63,854 nucleotides of DNA from Alphaproteobacteria bacterium (GTDB taxonomy: Bacteria > Pseudomonadota > Alphaproteobacteria > Rs-D84), in assembly GCA_009784815.1 (NCBI GenBank), contig WQXN01000003.1, positions 1-63,854 on the forward strand, in the 5' to 3' direction. Under the pieces are notes generated by a model, which had not been told where the DNA came from, made no database searches, and saw nothing but the letters and a program-made list of their open reading frames with translations. The position numbers and the translations under genes were made by a program. This document shows, in pieces, positions 8,615 through 18,327 of this stretch. Each line of letters starts with the position of its first letter. The stretch's first letter is position 1.

Positions 8615-9931
8615 ATGAAGAAAATAATTCTGGCTTTGGTGGTGGCGTGCTTGTCAGGCGCAGCGAATGCGGCGCAGTCGTTGCGCATAATTCGCGACAC
8701 TGAAATCGAAGTCGTAATGCAAAAGCTTGTCGAACCAATAGCGCGGGCCGCAAAGATTCCTGACGGCCGCCTGCGCGTTCACATAGTTCACGGCAACGAT
8801 CTTAACGCTTTCGTATCCAGCGGCGAGGATATTTACATTTACGCCGGAACAATAATGAAAATCGAAAATCCAAACGCCGTTCAAGCCATAGTCGCTCACG
8901 AGCTTGGTCACATAATCGGCGGCCACTATGTCAACCGAATGGCTAGAATAGAAAAAGAAATGATCGGCGCGATCATAATGCAAAGCCTTGGAGTGGCTTT
9001 GATCGCTGCAAACCCCGAGATGGGAACCGGGGTTATGATGGGCGCTCATGGAATCACACGCGCAAACCTTATGTCGTTTTCGCGCGATGAAGAACGGCAG
9101 GCGGATACTTTGGGGCTTGGTTTGATGAAAAGCGCGCGACTTCCGCTTGGCGGATTCGTCGAAATGATGGAGCTGTTGCAAAGCCGGAGCATTCACATCG
9201 AAGGATCGATCAACACGTATGGAATAAGCCATCCAACCACCACGGAACGGTTGATGAACGCGCGCGAGTGGATCAGCAAGCACGGCGGCCACGGCGGAAA
9301 ACTTCCCGATGATCTAGTCGCCGAGTACGCCATGGTGCGCGCAAAGCTGGTCGGGTATTTGCAGTCTGAAAAAGTCGTCCAAGACATGTATCCGACGCAG
9401 ACGCTTCCTTCCAAATATGCCCATGCCATTTCGGCTTTGCGAGGAGATCGGCTGACCAAGGCGCTGCAGCTGACCAACGAATTGGTTGCAAGCGATCCGA
9501 AAAATCCGTATTTCCACGAGTTGGTCGGAGACATACAGGTCAGACGCGGAAAATATTCCGAAGCGGTGGCCGCATATCAGAAGGCTTTGGAACTTCTTGA
9601 TATAGAATCCGCCCAGATAAGCGCGGCAATAGCCATGGCTTTGATCGAACGAAAGGGCAAAGGCGACGCCGAGGAAGCGGTGCGTATAATCAAACGCGCG
9701 CTCATCTTGGGCAAAGCGGAAGCTGCCAAGACTCCGTTTTTATATTTCGTTTTGGCGCGCGCGTACGCCGCCAAGAAAAAGCATGGTTTGTCAGATTGGG
9801 CCATGGCCGAGTATAATTGGATTATAAATAAAAAGCCCGAAGCGAAAAAATTCGCCGAGCGAGCAAAGCGAAATTTGGACGGCAATTCACCAGAATATCA
9901 AAAGGTCCAAGACATACTCGCCAAGAAATGA
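8615..9931 (+). CDS. M48 metalloprotease with TPRs, BepA/YfgC-like
   Basis: Signal peptide, IIRDTEIE, NAF, HELGH, FSRDEERQAD, SHP; TPR-like C-terminus. Confidence 0.88.
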   Translation: MKKIILALVVACLSGAANAAQSLRIIRDTEIEVVMQKLVEPIARAAKIPDGRLRVHIVHGNDLNAFVSSGEDIYIYAGTIMKIENPNAVQAIVAHELGHIIGGHYVNRMARIEKEMIGAIIMQSLGVALIAANPEMGTGVMMGAHGITRANLMSFSRDEERQADTLGLGLMKSARLPLGGFVEMMELLQSRSIHIEGSINTYGISHPTTTERLMNAREWISKHGGHGGKLPDDLVAEYAMVRAKLVGYLQSEKVVQDMYPTQTLPSKYAHAISALRGDRLTKALQLTNELVASDPKNPYFHELVGDIQVRRGKYSEAVAAYQKALELLDIESAQISAAIAMALIERKGKGDAEEAVRIIKRALILGKAEAAKTPFLYFVLARAYAAKKKHGLSDWAMAEYNWIINKKPEAKKFAERAKRNLDGNSPEYQKVQDILAKK

Positions 9932-10057
9932 AATTATTAAAAAAGAGATTTTATGAAAATCTGCAACCAGTATATTTTGATTTCTGTGTCGTGAATATGT
10001 AGCGTGCCACGTCGCCCCATAATACATAAAAAGCCCCACTTTTTCCAACTATTTATG

Positions 10058-10723
10058 CTATATCAGTTTAATCGGTTCTATTTTTATGTCATCAAAATTG
10101 CCACGAGTGTTTGGGACATCTTTTATATATTCCGGCTTGCCCATCATGTCTTCCAATATCAGTCGTTGCGATCTGTAATGCCCCTCGCCAAATGCCGCGA
10201 GTACAACATCGTATTTGTTCAATGCCGCCGCGATATTATTTACCATATATGGGTCGCGCCCGTGCAGATTTATTAAGTGCGAGAAGAAATTGTATTCGCC
10301 TTTCTTGACGCTTGGGCCGCCGCAAGACAAAGATTTTCGCAAATCTTCTTCGGTGAATTCACGGTCGGGGCGATGCTCTCTTAAAACAGCCAACGTTTCC
10401 TCATCAGATAAATCTGCAAAGACAACAGGCAACCCACGTTTAGCGGCAACGGCGGCAACATACGCCAAATTATTGCCATGAATTTCGCGAGGCAATAAAT
10501 CACGTCCAGAATTGCGATATTCCACCACAGCAATTTGCGGTTTGGCTGGCGATTTGTCCGAGAAACAAAAATCAGTCATATCATACGATTTATTCGCGCC
10601 GTGGTCTTCTGCGATATAAATAAGAGTTTTTCCGTCTTTTTTGAATACGGCTATATACGGATACCGTCCGACATTTTCAGACTCTTCCCATGTTTTGTAT
10701 AAATCATGATTAGGCACAAACAT
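10058..10723 (-). CDS. Hypothetical protein, AT-richer than neighbours
   Basis: 221-aa ORF with AAAGGA SD. Confidence 0.65.
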   Translation of the reverse strand: MFVPNHDLYKTWEESENVGRYPYIAVFKKDGKTLIYIAEDHGANKSYDMTDFCFSDKSPAKPQIAVVEYRNSGRDLLPREIHGNNLAYVAAVAAKRGLPVVFADLSDEETLAVLREHRPDREFTEEDLRKSLSCGGPSVKKGEYNFFSHLINLHGRDPYMVNNIAAALNKYDVVLAAFGEGHYRSQRLILEDMMGKPEYIKDVPNTRGNFDDIKIEPIKLI

Positions 10724-10961
10724 TTGATATCCTTTTATTTTTTATCGTTAACTACGAACATTATATCATACAACAGCAGACATATTTGTATTATTTAAGT
10801 GCCATCGCCGCTTGGTTGCAGAATATCTTGCACGACATTTCCCAAGTATTGAAATCATACACCTTTAATTGTTCCTACCATAACAACCCATCTCGCCCCT
10901 TGTCGCCCCATATTGCCCCGAAATCGATGGAAATAAAAACTCCCCTTTCGGGGAGTTGCAA

Positions 10962-11627
10962 TTACTCTCGGCTCCCGCTTAACATATAAGTCAGTTCTTT
11001 ATACAAACTAAGCACCGCAACCAGCGCCACGAACAACCCGGCTGTGATGTACAAAGTAGCGATCAGCAGGTTCATCATGGAAATCCCGACAAGCAGAGTA
11101 TTCGGTATTATCTTAAAAATGAACACACATCCAAGCAATCCGAATACTGCGCCTACTATCATGCTGCTTATCAAAGATTGCTTAACTACTCTCGGCATCT
11201 TTGGGCGTGCGGCGGCTGGCAGTCTCCAATTTACGAACATATAATGCATGGATATTACCAAAAACATCATAGGTATGAACGCAACCATGAATATCCTCGG
11301 AATTGTTGATATGCCGCCTACGATCCAGAAATACAACTTGTCGCCGATAGCCGGATAGAATTCCGCCTTTCCCGCGACCCAAGCCATGGGATACAACACC
11401 GCGACTACGACCGCGAATACGATCGACAAAGCGGCCCATATCCTAAGGAACCTGCGTCCTCCGACATACATGCCTATATTAACGAATTCGTTGCCGATAG
11501 TGGCCAAGGATTTTTCCGTCTTGTTGATTACGACCATCTTTGCGACCTTTGGCCTTGCTGCGGCAACCGGCCTTGACTTCAGCCCTATCTCTTTTGCTAT
11601 TGAATGTCTTTTTTCTTTTAATTTCAT
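10962..11627 (-). CDS. Hypothetical integral membrane protein
   Basis: Four TM segments; start MKLKE after GGAGAGGG; terminator at 10936-10958. Confidence 0.7.
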   Translation of the reverse strand: MKLKEKRHSIAKEIGLKSRPVAAARPKVAKMVVINKTEKSLATIGNEFVNIGMYVGGRRFLRIWAALSIVFAVVVAVLYPMAWVAGKAEFYPAIGDKLYFWIVGGISTIPRIFMVAFIPMMFLVISMHYMFVNWRLPAAARPKMPRVVKQSLISSMIVGAVFGLLGCVFIFKIIPNTLLVGISMMNLLIATLYITAGLFVALVAVLSLYKELTYMLSGSRE

Positions 11628-11757
11628 AACCCTCTCCTTTCCTCTTAATCCCAAGCCTACCGCATTCTTCGAACGAAAGTCAAGAAGGAAAAAAGTCTTC
11701 TGCTGAACTATTCGCTTCGCGCAAAGCGAATAGTTTAACACAACACCGGACAATCGA

Positions 11758-11789
11758 TCGCGCCGTAGTTCGCAAGAACCAAGGCGGAT
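11758..11789 (+). repeat. Mini-hairpin repeat TCGCGCCGTAGTTCGCAAGAACNAAGGCGGAT
   Basis: Near-identical copies at 56022 and 60011. Confidence 0.8.
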
Positions 11790-11873
11790 GACCCGACTAC
11801 CAACCCGTAACTGCCGGCGCTTTACGCACAACCAGCACTACGCAAAATCAACCCTCAAAAAAAAGGAAACAAT

Positions 11874-12692
11874 ATGTCTATTCACATAGAAAAAGCATTT
11901 GTTAAACAATTCGAAGCGGACGTGCACCTGGCCTACCAGCAAATGGGCACCAAGCTTCGCTCGACCATTCGCAGCAAAAGCGGCGTGATCGGAAGCTCGA
12001 CCACATTCCAGCGCGTCGGCAAAGGCTTGGCCAACACCAAGTCCCGCCACGGTCTGGTGCCGGTTATGAACTTAAACCACGAACCGATCGAATGTCCCCT
12101 AAGCGATTACTACGCGGGCGACTGGGTCGACGCTTTGGATGAACTGAAAACGAACATCGACGAGCGACGCGTGGTGGCATCAGCCGGAGCCTACGCATTG
12201 GGCAGAAAAACGGACGAGCTTATCATAAGCGCGCTTAACACGGCGAACCAGGAAATCGGCGACTACGACTCGGGCCTGACCAAGGAATTGGTCCTGGAAG
12301 CGATCGGCGTTTTGAATAAAAAAGACGTTCCGGACGACGGCCGCCGTTTCGCGGTAGTCGGAGTAAAACAGTGGAACGACCTTCTGTCGATGGAAGAATT
12401 CACTTCCGCGGAATACGTCGGCGACAACCTGCCGTTCGTATCCGGCACCGAAACCAAGAAATGGATGGGCGTGATCTGGGTGCTTCATAACAGCCTCCCG
12501 GGTTCAAGCGATGAAACCGACTGCTTCATCTATCACTCGTCGGCGATCGGCCATGCCTGCGGTCAGGACGTCAAGTCCGACATCAGCTGGCACGGCGAGC
12601 GTGCAGCGCACTTCATATCGAACAGCATGAGCCAAGGCGCGTGCCTGATCGACGCAGAAGGCATCGTCCGCGTCAAATGCGGCGAAGAATAA
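11874..12692 (+). CDS. Major capsid protein, T7/BPP-1-like podovirus type
   Basis: AFVKQFEADVHLAYQQMGTKLR, YAGDWVDALDELK, AYALGRKTDELII, GACLIDAEGIV; strong SD. Confidence 0.88.
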   Translation: MSIHIEKAFVKQFEADVHLAYQQMGTKLRSTIRSKSGVIGSSTTFQRVGKGLANTKSRHGLVPVMNLNHEPIECPLSDYYAGDWVDALDELKTNIDERRVVASAGAYALGRKTDELIISALNTANQEIGDYDSGLTKELVLEAIGVLNKKDVPDDGRRFAVVGVKQWNDLLSMEEFTSAEYVGDNLPFVSGTETKKWMGVIWVLHNSLPGSSDETDCFIYHSSAIGHACGQDVKSDISWHGERAAHFISNSMSQGACLIDAEGIVRVKCGEE

Positions 12693-12711
12693 TCAACCAA
12701 AGGAGTAAATT

Positions 12712-12945
12712 ATGGCATATCAGAACAAAAACATGTCTGTGATCGCGTACGCGAACGGCTTTACGCTTTGGCATTACGCCGCTAACGACCCGATAGCTAC
12801 GGTCAACGGCAACGGGTACTTCATACCCGCGATCTCGATGATCAAAGCCGGCGACATGCTGTTGGTGTCCGATTCCAACGGAGGAGGAAGCCTAAGAACT
12901 TTCCGTTTCTCAGGCGGAGTTCCGACAACCACAGCCCTCGTCTAA
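12712..12945 (+). CDS. Small conserved phage protein after the capsid gene, possible decoration protein
   Basis: MSVIAYANGFTLWHY motif; AAGGAG SD. Confidence 0.65.
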   Translation: MAYQNKNMSVIAYANGFTLWHYAANDPIATVNGNGYFIPAISMIKAGDMLLVSDSNGGGSLRTFRFSGGVPTTTALV

Positions 12946-12951
12946 CATAAA

Positions 12952-12988
12952 AGCCCAGATCCCTCGGCCTGCCCGGGGTATCTGGGCC
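12952..12988 (+). terminator. Hairpin between head and tail genes
   Basis: GCCCAGAT..CC..GG..ATCTGGGC stem. Confidence 0.5.
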
Positions 12989-13010
12989 TAATTAAAAAAA
13001 GGACCCCTCC

Positions 13011-13385
13011 ATGCCAAACAAACTCGAAATCATCAATACCGCGTTGCTCAAAATCGGCGAAAACCCGATCGAATCTCTGACCGATCAATCGGCAAGCGCG
13101 ATCCTCGCCGACAAACTGTTCGAACCTGTGACTCGCAGCCTGCAGGACTCGTATAAATGGGAATTTATCGCGACGAAAGTCGAAGACTATCCCGACTATT
13201 TCTGCGGCGCGCTTGTCCTGAAACTTGCGGAAGAATTCTGCATACCGCTAACCGACAACCAAGCGCTTATGCGAACCCTGCGCGATCTATTTAAGGACGA
13301 ACTGAAACAAGCCAAACTCACCGATCTCCGCATATCTGGCCGCGCTCCGGTGAAAAATTTTTCTCTTATAAACGAGAGGTACTGA
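13011..13385 (+). CDS. Tail tubular protein A / adaptor, T7 gp11-like, shortened
   Basis: LEIINTALLKIGENPIESL, W.F, YFCGALVLKLAEEFCIPLT. Confidence 0.75.
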   Translation: MPNKLEIINTALLKIGENPIESLTDQSASAILADKLFEPVTRSLQDSYKWEFIATKVEDYPDYFCGALVLKLAEEFCIPLTDNQALMRTLRDLFKDELKQAKLTDLRISGRAPVKNFSLINERY

Positions 13386-13386
13386 A

Positions 13387-15117
13387 ATGAACGCCGGAAA
13401 ATTTACGCAAACCAATTCCAGCTTTTCGTTAGGCGTGGTGTCGCAGGACTTCTCAGGCCGCGGAGACCTTAAAACAGCGGCTCACGGCCTGTCGAAACTG
13501 GAAAACATGGACATAATATCGTCCGGCGGAATCAGCAGGCGCGCGGGCACAAGAGTCCTCGCCGCAAACCTGCCGGATGACGCAAAGATAATCCCTATGC
13601 GCCTTCGGTCCGGCGACGAATACATCATAGCCTTCGGCGACCGCACTATGCGCGTGTACAAGGACGGGGTCCAGCAAACCTCAAGAACTTCGCCCTGGTC
13701 GTCCGCCCAGCTCCCGAATATTCAAACGGCCCAGCTGGGAGACATGATGATTTTAACCCATCCCGACACCCACCCCCATCGTCTGCTTCTGAATATGGTG
13801 TGGCTTTTCGGTCCGCTAAGTTTTGCGATCGTGGACAACTGGTACCGCGAGCCTTACTTCAAATTCGAAAACTCGAACTATCCGTTCACGTTGCAAAACA
13901 TAACTGTGCCGGGCGCGACAAGACAAGCGCTGCTAACCGCGACCCACGATAACTGGACGCCGGAATCCGTGGGTTCCCGTATGCGCTTCGGCAACATCGA
14001 GTGGTGGATTTCGGAATACGTCAGCCCGACCCAAGTAAAAGTCTTTTCGAACAGCGCGTCTCCGGCTATGCCGACGGGAACGGTTACGGACTGGTCCGAA
14101 AGCGTGTTCAGCGACCGCCGCGGCTGGCCCAAAAGCATCGCCCTTCACCAGAACCGGCTTGTCTTCGGCGGAACAAAATCATTTCCGAACTTCGTATGGA
14201 TGTCCCGCACGGGGGACCACATGAACTTTGACGCGGGAACCGGTCTTGATAACCAAGCGGTGATCCTGTCCCTGCTTGCCGGCCGTCCTCAAAGCATCAC
14301 ATCTATCCAAAGCGGCGAGAATCTGGAAGTGCTGACCGACATGGGCGAATGGAGCATCAAAGGCGCGCCAATCACGCCAAGCGAAGCCCTGATCAGACAG
14401 CACACGGACATAGGATCAAGCATGGATATTCACGTACCTCCAAGCCGCGTCGACGGCGCGACGATATTCATCGGAAGAACCGGAAACGAACTGCGCGAAC
14501 TAAGGCTGGACAACCTAAGCGACTCGTACAGCGCGACGGATCTGTCGACCTTATCGCGCGACATCATGGGTACGGCGACGGGCATGACCTACCACCAGGA
14601 AACGAAAAGACTGCTGATAGTGATGCAAGACGGAACTATGGCCGTGCTGAAAAAAGACGACAACCTGGAAATACTTGGCTGGTCGACATACAAAACCGAC
14701 GGAGAATTCAAAAGCGTCGCGGTATCCAAGGGCCAAGTCCTTGCGGCCGTGAAACGCGGATCGGAAACTTTTATGGAAATCTTTGATGAAAATAAGATGA
14801 CGGACGGCGGCGCGAACTTTGCGTTCGAACATAAGGCGTCCGCAATGCCTATATTCGCGGACAGCGCCAAGGCCCGACTTGCGAAAGTAACGAAATGGAA
14901 AGCGCGGCTGAAAGACGCCGGCGCCCTGTCGGTGAAAATCAACGGCAACGCGGCTGAAGTGATACCGCTTCCCGAAACGCCATTCACGGGCGACGTTTCG
15001 GTGAACTCGCTTGGCACTACGCCGAACGGCCAATCTCCGCTGTGGGAAATCATAGGCAGCGAACCGCAACCTCTAACAGTGCTTTCGATCACGATCGAAG
15101 GCCGCCTCTCAACCTAA
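13387..15117 (+). CDS. Tail tubular protein B / nozzle, T7 gp12-like
   Basis: NSSFSLG, GGISRRAG, RGWPKSIALHQNRLVFGG, WMSRTGDHMNF, GWSTYKTDG, PQPLTVLSI. Confidence 0.82.
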   Translation: MNAGKFTQTNSSFSLGVVSQDFSGRGDLKTAAHGLSKLENMDIISSGGISRRAGTRVLAANLPDDAKIIPMRLRSGDEYIIAFGDRTMRVYKDGVQQTSRTSPWSSAQLPNIQTAQLGDMMILTHPDTHPHRLLLNMVWLFGPLSFAIVDNWYREPYFKFENSNYPFTLQNITVPGATRQALLTATHDNWTPESVGSRMRFGNIEWWISEYVSPTQVKVFSNSASPAMPTGTVTDWSESVFSDRRGWPKSIALHQNRLVFGGTKSFPNFVWMSRTGDHMNFDAGTGLDNQAVILSLLAGRPQSITSIQSGENLEVLTDMGEWSIKGAPITPSEALIRQHTDIGSSMDIHVPPSRVDGATIFIGRTGNELRELRLDNLSDSYSATDLSTLSRDIMGTATGMTYHQETKRLLIVMQDGTMAVLKKDDNLEILGWSTYKTDGEFKSVAVSKGQVLAAVKRGSETFMEIFDENKMTDGGANFAFEHKASAMPIFADSAKARLAKVTKWKARLKDAGALSVKINGNAAEVIPLPETPFTGDVSVNSLGTTPNGQSPLWEIIGSEPQPLTVLSITIEGRLST

Positions 15118-15133
15118 TCCAAAAGGAAAAACC

Positions 15134-15508
15134 ATGTCCCAATACTCGAACGAAATCCAAGACATCATCGGTCTTAACAATAAAAAAGAAAATAAAAAAA
15201 TCCAATCCGAACGCGCGAAAGTCCTGGCTCAAATAGCCGAAGACAAGCGCACAAGATCGAACCTGGTGAAAAAAGCCCTGGCCGCGCAAAAGGCTAAATT
15301 CGGAGCCGGCGGCAGCGAAGGCAAATCCGACAGCGACCAAGCGGTGCTGAAACGTATCGAAGAGGAAACCGCAGAAGCCCTGGACGCCCAAATCGAGGCC
15401 AAGGAAGACAAGCTTTCGAAAATAAAGCGTCCGGCCCGCACCCGCGCCCCGCGCAACCTCTTAAAAAAACTTCTTAAACAATTTGAATCCGGTTTCTTAA
15501 ACGAATAA
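15134..15508 (+). CDS. Putative internal virion (ejection) protein
   Basis: Follows the nozzle gene; helical, with QKAKFGAGG...SDQAVL motif. Confidence 0.5.
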   Translation: MSQYSNEIQDIIGLNNKKENKKIQSERAKVLAQIAEDKRTRSNLVKKALAAQKAKFGAGGSEGKSDSDQAVLKRIEEETAEALDAQIEAKEDKLSKIKRPARTRAPRNLLKKLLKQFESGFLNE

Positions 15509-15544
15509 TAAATCACCCCGCACCCAGCGGGGTTTTTATAAACC

Positions 15545-15621
15545 TGGCGACCCGAGCAGGATTCGAACCTGCGACCTACTGATTAGAAATCAGTTGCTCT
15601 ATCCAGCTGAGCTACCGGGTC
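15545..15621 (-). tRNA. tRNA-Arg(UCU)
   Basis: Cloverleaf, loop TTTCTAA, GTTCGAATC, CCA. Confidence 0.95.
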
Positions 15622-15691
15622 AACGCGGCCATTCTACAATAAATTTCCCAAAAATCAACGCATTTTTACAAACGCAACCGGATCAAAATAT

Positions 15692-16291
15692 ATGAAAAAT
15701 GAATCCTCGGCACTTGCCTTTATAGACGGCTGGAACAAGCTGCTTAATATGACGACTCCGCCGCACCACGCGGAAATGTCGCGGTTTTTCGTGCAAACGG
15801 TGTTTGGAAAAAATCCTCGCGGGCTGATGATGTGCTTCCGTCACTCGGGCAAATCGTCAGTAGTGGGAATTATGACGGCCTGGCTTCTGACGGCGCGCCC
15901 CGAAAGCAGAATCCTGATTTTATCGGCGGAACAAACACTATCGTCCCGCATGGTCTCGCACATAAAAAACATAATCGAAAATCACCCAAGCTGCAAAGGC
16001 ATGACTCCGGAAATAAAAAAAGAATGGGCCTCGCACCGCATCACTATCAACCGCCCGCTAAGCCACCGCGAGCCGTCAGTAATCTGCCAAGGAATACACG
16101 GCAACATAACGGGCATGCGCGCGGACCTGGTAATCTGCGACGACGTGGAAGTGCCCAACACCTCGAACACGGGCCAAAAGCGCGCCAAATTACGCGAACG
16201 CCTCCGCGAACTGGATTTTATACTTTCTCCAGGCGGAGCGATGCTCTACCTAGGCACGCCCCACGCCTCGGACACTATCTACCAAGTATAG
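15692..16291 (+). CDS. Terminase large subunit, N-terminal ATPase half
   Basis: Walker A FRHSGKS, Walker B DLVICDDVE, coupling motif LGTPH; ends just after DTIY. Confidence 0.85.
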   Translation: MKNESSALAFIDGWNKLLNMTTPPHHAEMSRFFVQTVFGKNPRGLMMCFRHSGKSSVVGIMTAWLLTARPESRILILSAEQTLSSRMVSHIKNIIENHPSCKGMTPEIKKEWASHRITINRPLSHREPSVICQGIHGNITGMRADLVICDDVEVPNTSNTGQKRAKLRERLRELDFILSPGGAMLYLGTPHASDTIYQV

Positions 16292-16295
16292 CAAT

Positions 16296-16345
16296 TAACC
16301 CAAAAACCATTCGGTGTGTCGCGACACACCAAATGGTTTTTGTCC
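16296..16345 (+). repeat. Internally deleted copy of the long element (termini only)
   Basis: CCCAAAAACCATTCGGTGTGTCGCGACACACCAAATGGTTTTTGTCC matches the two ends of the 34219 copy. Confidence 0.88.
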
Positions 16346-17917
16346 TTATTCAAACTCTCCCGGCACATCATCTGGCACGGGCGCTTTTTCCATATGCGTA
16401 CCGACTGGATTATAAGCCTCCTGCTCGAACCTTCCCGCCTCGGGCAGCAGATCACTGAACCGGCTGTACTCTCCGCGCCATCCAAGATGTATTGTGCCGA
16501 TCGGTCCGTGTCGTTGCTTTGCGATGATAAGCTCGGCCTTATTTTTGTACCGCTCCATATCTTTCTGCCACCAGTCCTGCGCGACGCGTGACTTTTCTCC
16601 GTCTTTTTTGTTCAACTTTCCTGACGGATCCCTTCCCTGCAAATAATACTCGTGCCGATAAGTGAAAGCGACTATGTCGGCGTCCTGTTCGATTGATCCC
16701 GACTCGCGCAAATCGGAAAGTATTGGCCGCTTGTCGTCGCGCGATTCGACTGTTCTGGACAGCTGCGACAAAGCGATGACAGGAACGTTTAATTCTTTGG
16801 CCAGCATCTTAAGTCCACGGGTCATCTCGGACAACTCTTGAACTCGGTTGTCGTTTTTTCGTCCTCCGCCTGGGGCGGACAACAGCTGAATATAATCTAT
16901 GACTATCAAAGCGATCCCACCGTGCGACTTTTCATACTGTCGCTGCAACCTGCGGCACCGCGTGCGAATCATTGGCACTGATATGCCGGGGGTATCGTCC
17001 AAAACCAAAGGCAGCTTTTCAAGCTCTTTCGATTGTTCGGCCAACATCATAAGATCCGAATCGCTAAGAGTCCCGTTGCGCATGCTGCTGGACGGTATGT
17101 CGGACACCGAAGACAATATACGCGCGGCCAGCTGCGCGCTGCTCATTTCAAGGCTGAAAAATACGACCACACCGGACAGCTTTTTCGGAACCCTTCCGTG
17201 CGAAATCGCAAGCGCGGAATTAAAAGCCATGTTCATAGCGATCGCGGTTTTACCCATACCGGGGCGTCCGGCGATTATTATAAGATCGGAAGGATGAAGT
17301 CCGCCGATTGATCTGTCGACATCGGTGAACCCGCAAGTAAGCCCGGATAGATTTCCGTCGTTTTTCAAAGCGGCTTCGGTCTGTGACAAAGACTCGCGCA
17401 AAGCCTCTCCAATGGTCATGGACGCGCGTTCGGAACTTGCTCCGCTGTTGGCAAGTTCGAATAACTTCTGCTCAGCCAGCTCGATCTGAGCAACCGCAGG
17501 CAGATCAAGATTTTCGACTGTGGCGGTTTCCATGACTGACTGGCCTATGTCTATCAGCTGCCTACGCAAAGCGTTGTCGAATACTATTCGAGCATAATGC
17601 TCGACGTTCATAACCGAAGACCCCATACTGACCAGCTGATCAAGATATTCGGTGCCTCCTATATCTGTTAAAACTCCCTTCTGCTCCAGATAGTTGCGAA
17701 TTGTGACGACATCGGCCGGGAATCCTCTTGAAATCTGCTTATCTATAATATTGTAAATTTCTACGTGCGCGGGATGTGAAAAATGCTCACCCTTAAGGAA
17801 GTCCGACACTCGCTCGTGCGCGCGGTTATTCAGCAGAATAGCGGCCAATACGGCCTGCTCTGCCGCCGGATTGATAGGTAGATTTTTGTTTATGGAATCA
17901 TTGTTGGCTTGCGTCAT
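16346..17917 (-). CDS. dnaB: Replicative DNA helicase
   Basis: AEQAVLAAIL, AGRPGMGKT, FSLEMS, IDYIQL, LSQLSR, LRESGSIEQDAD, AKQRHGPIG. Confidence 0.97.
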   Translation of the reverse strand: MTQANNDSINKNLPINPAAEQAVLAAILLNNRAHERVSDFLKGEHFSHPAHVEIYNIIDKQISRGFPADVVTIRNYLEQKGVLTDIGGTEYLDQLVSMGSSVMNVEHYARIVFDNALRRQLIDIGQSVMETATVENLDLPAVAQIELAEQKLFELANSGASSERASMTIGEALRESLSQTEAALKNDGNLSGLTCGFTDVDRSIGGLHPSDLIIIAGRPGMGKTAIAMNMAFNSALAISHGRVPKKLSGVVVFFSLEMSSAQLAARILSSVSDIPSSSMRNGTLSDSDLMMLAEQSKELEKLPLVLDDTPGISVPMIRTRCRRLQRQYEKSHGGIALIVIDYIQLLSAPGGGRKNDNRVQELSEMTRGLKMLAKELNVPVIALSQLSRTVESRDDKRPILSDLRESGSIEQDADIVAFTYRHEYYLQGRDPSGKLNKKDGEKSRVAQDWWQKDMERYKNKAELIIAKQRHGPIGTIHLGWRGEYSRFSDLLPEAGRFEQEAYNPVGTHMEKAPVPDDVPGEFE

Positions 17918-17935
17918 AATCCTTCCTTCCCCTGC

Positions 17936-17972
17936 TGTCGTCCCGGACTCTGATCCGGGATCTCCTTATCCT
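17936..17972 (+). repeat. TGTC-tagged REP
   Basis: TGTCGTCCCGG-ACTCTGAT-CCGGGATCTCCTTATCCT; paralog at 21727. Confidence 0.75.
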
Positions 17973-18040
17973 CGACTCCTCAGCTTGTGACATCCTACCC
18001 CATAAATTTCACATTTCAACCCCTAAATAATGATAAAAAA

Positions 18041-18327
18041 ATAACCCAAAAACCACTAACGAAGTCGAAACCTAGGATAGACTAAATAAAAAATTTCAAA
18101 AAATCCTATCTCGGTCGCGTTTGCAAGGATAGATCATCCAACACCAAGTATAAATAATAATCCCAAAAACCATTAGGTGTGTCGCGACGTCGAGAAAAAA
18201 TCGCACAATACCAAGAAAGACCGACCGCCATAGGCCTTTATGGCTGCCACGGCGTGTCGGTCTTTCGAAGCGTAGTGGGTGATTTTATCCGACGGACGAA
18301 AAACACACCAAATGGTTTTTGTCCTTA
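18041..18327 (+). repeat. Stack of two left-end fragments plus one full long element
   Basis: Full copy 18161-18327 differs from 34219-34385 at three positions. Confidence 0.88.

Noticed and set aside
9960-10911. Possible cassette ends or dif site around the ORF at 10058-10723 (TCTGCAACCA inverted, GTCGCCCCAT direct)
   Set aside because: Only 10-bp matches, not properly nested, and no XerD arm; compatible with chance.
16346-17917. dnaB as a phage replication gene
   Set aside because: Full-length host-type sequence on the opposite strand with its own promoter.
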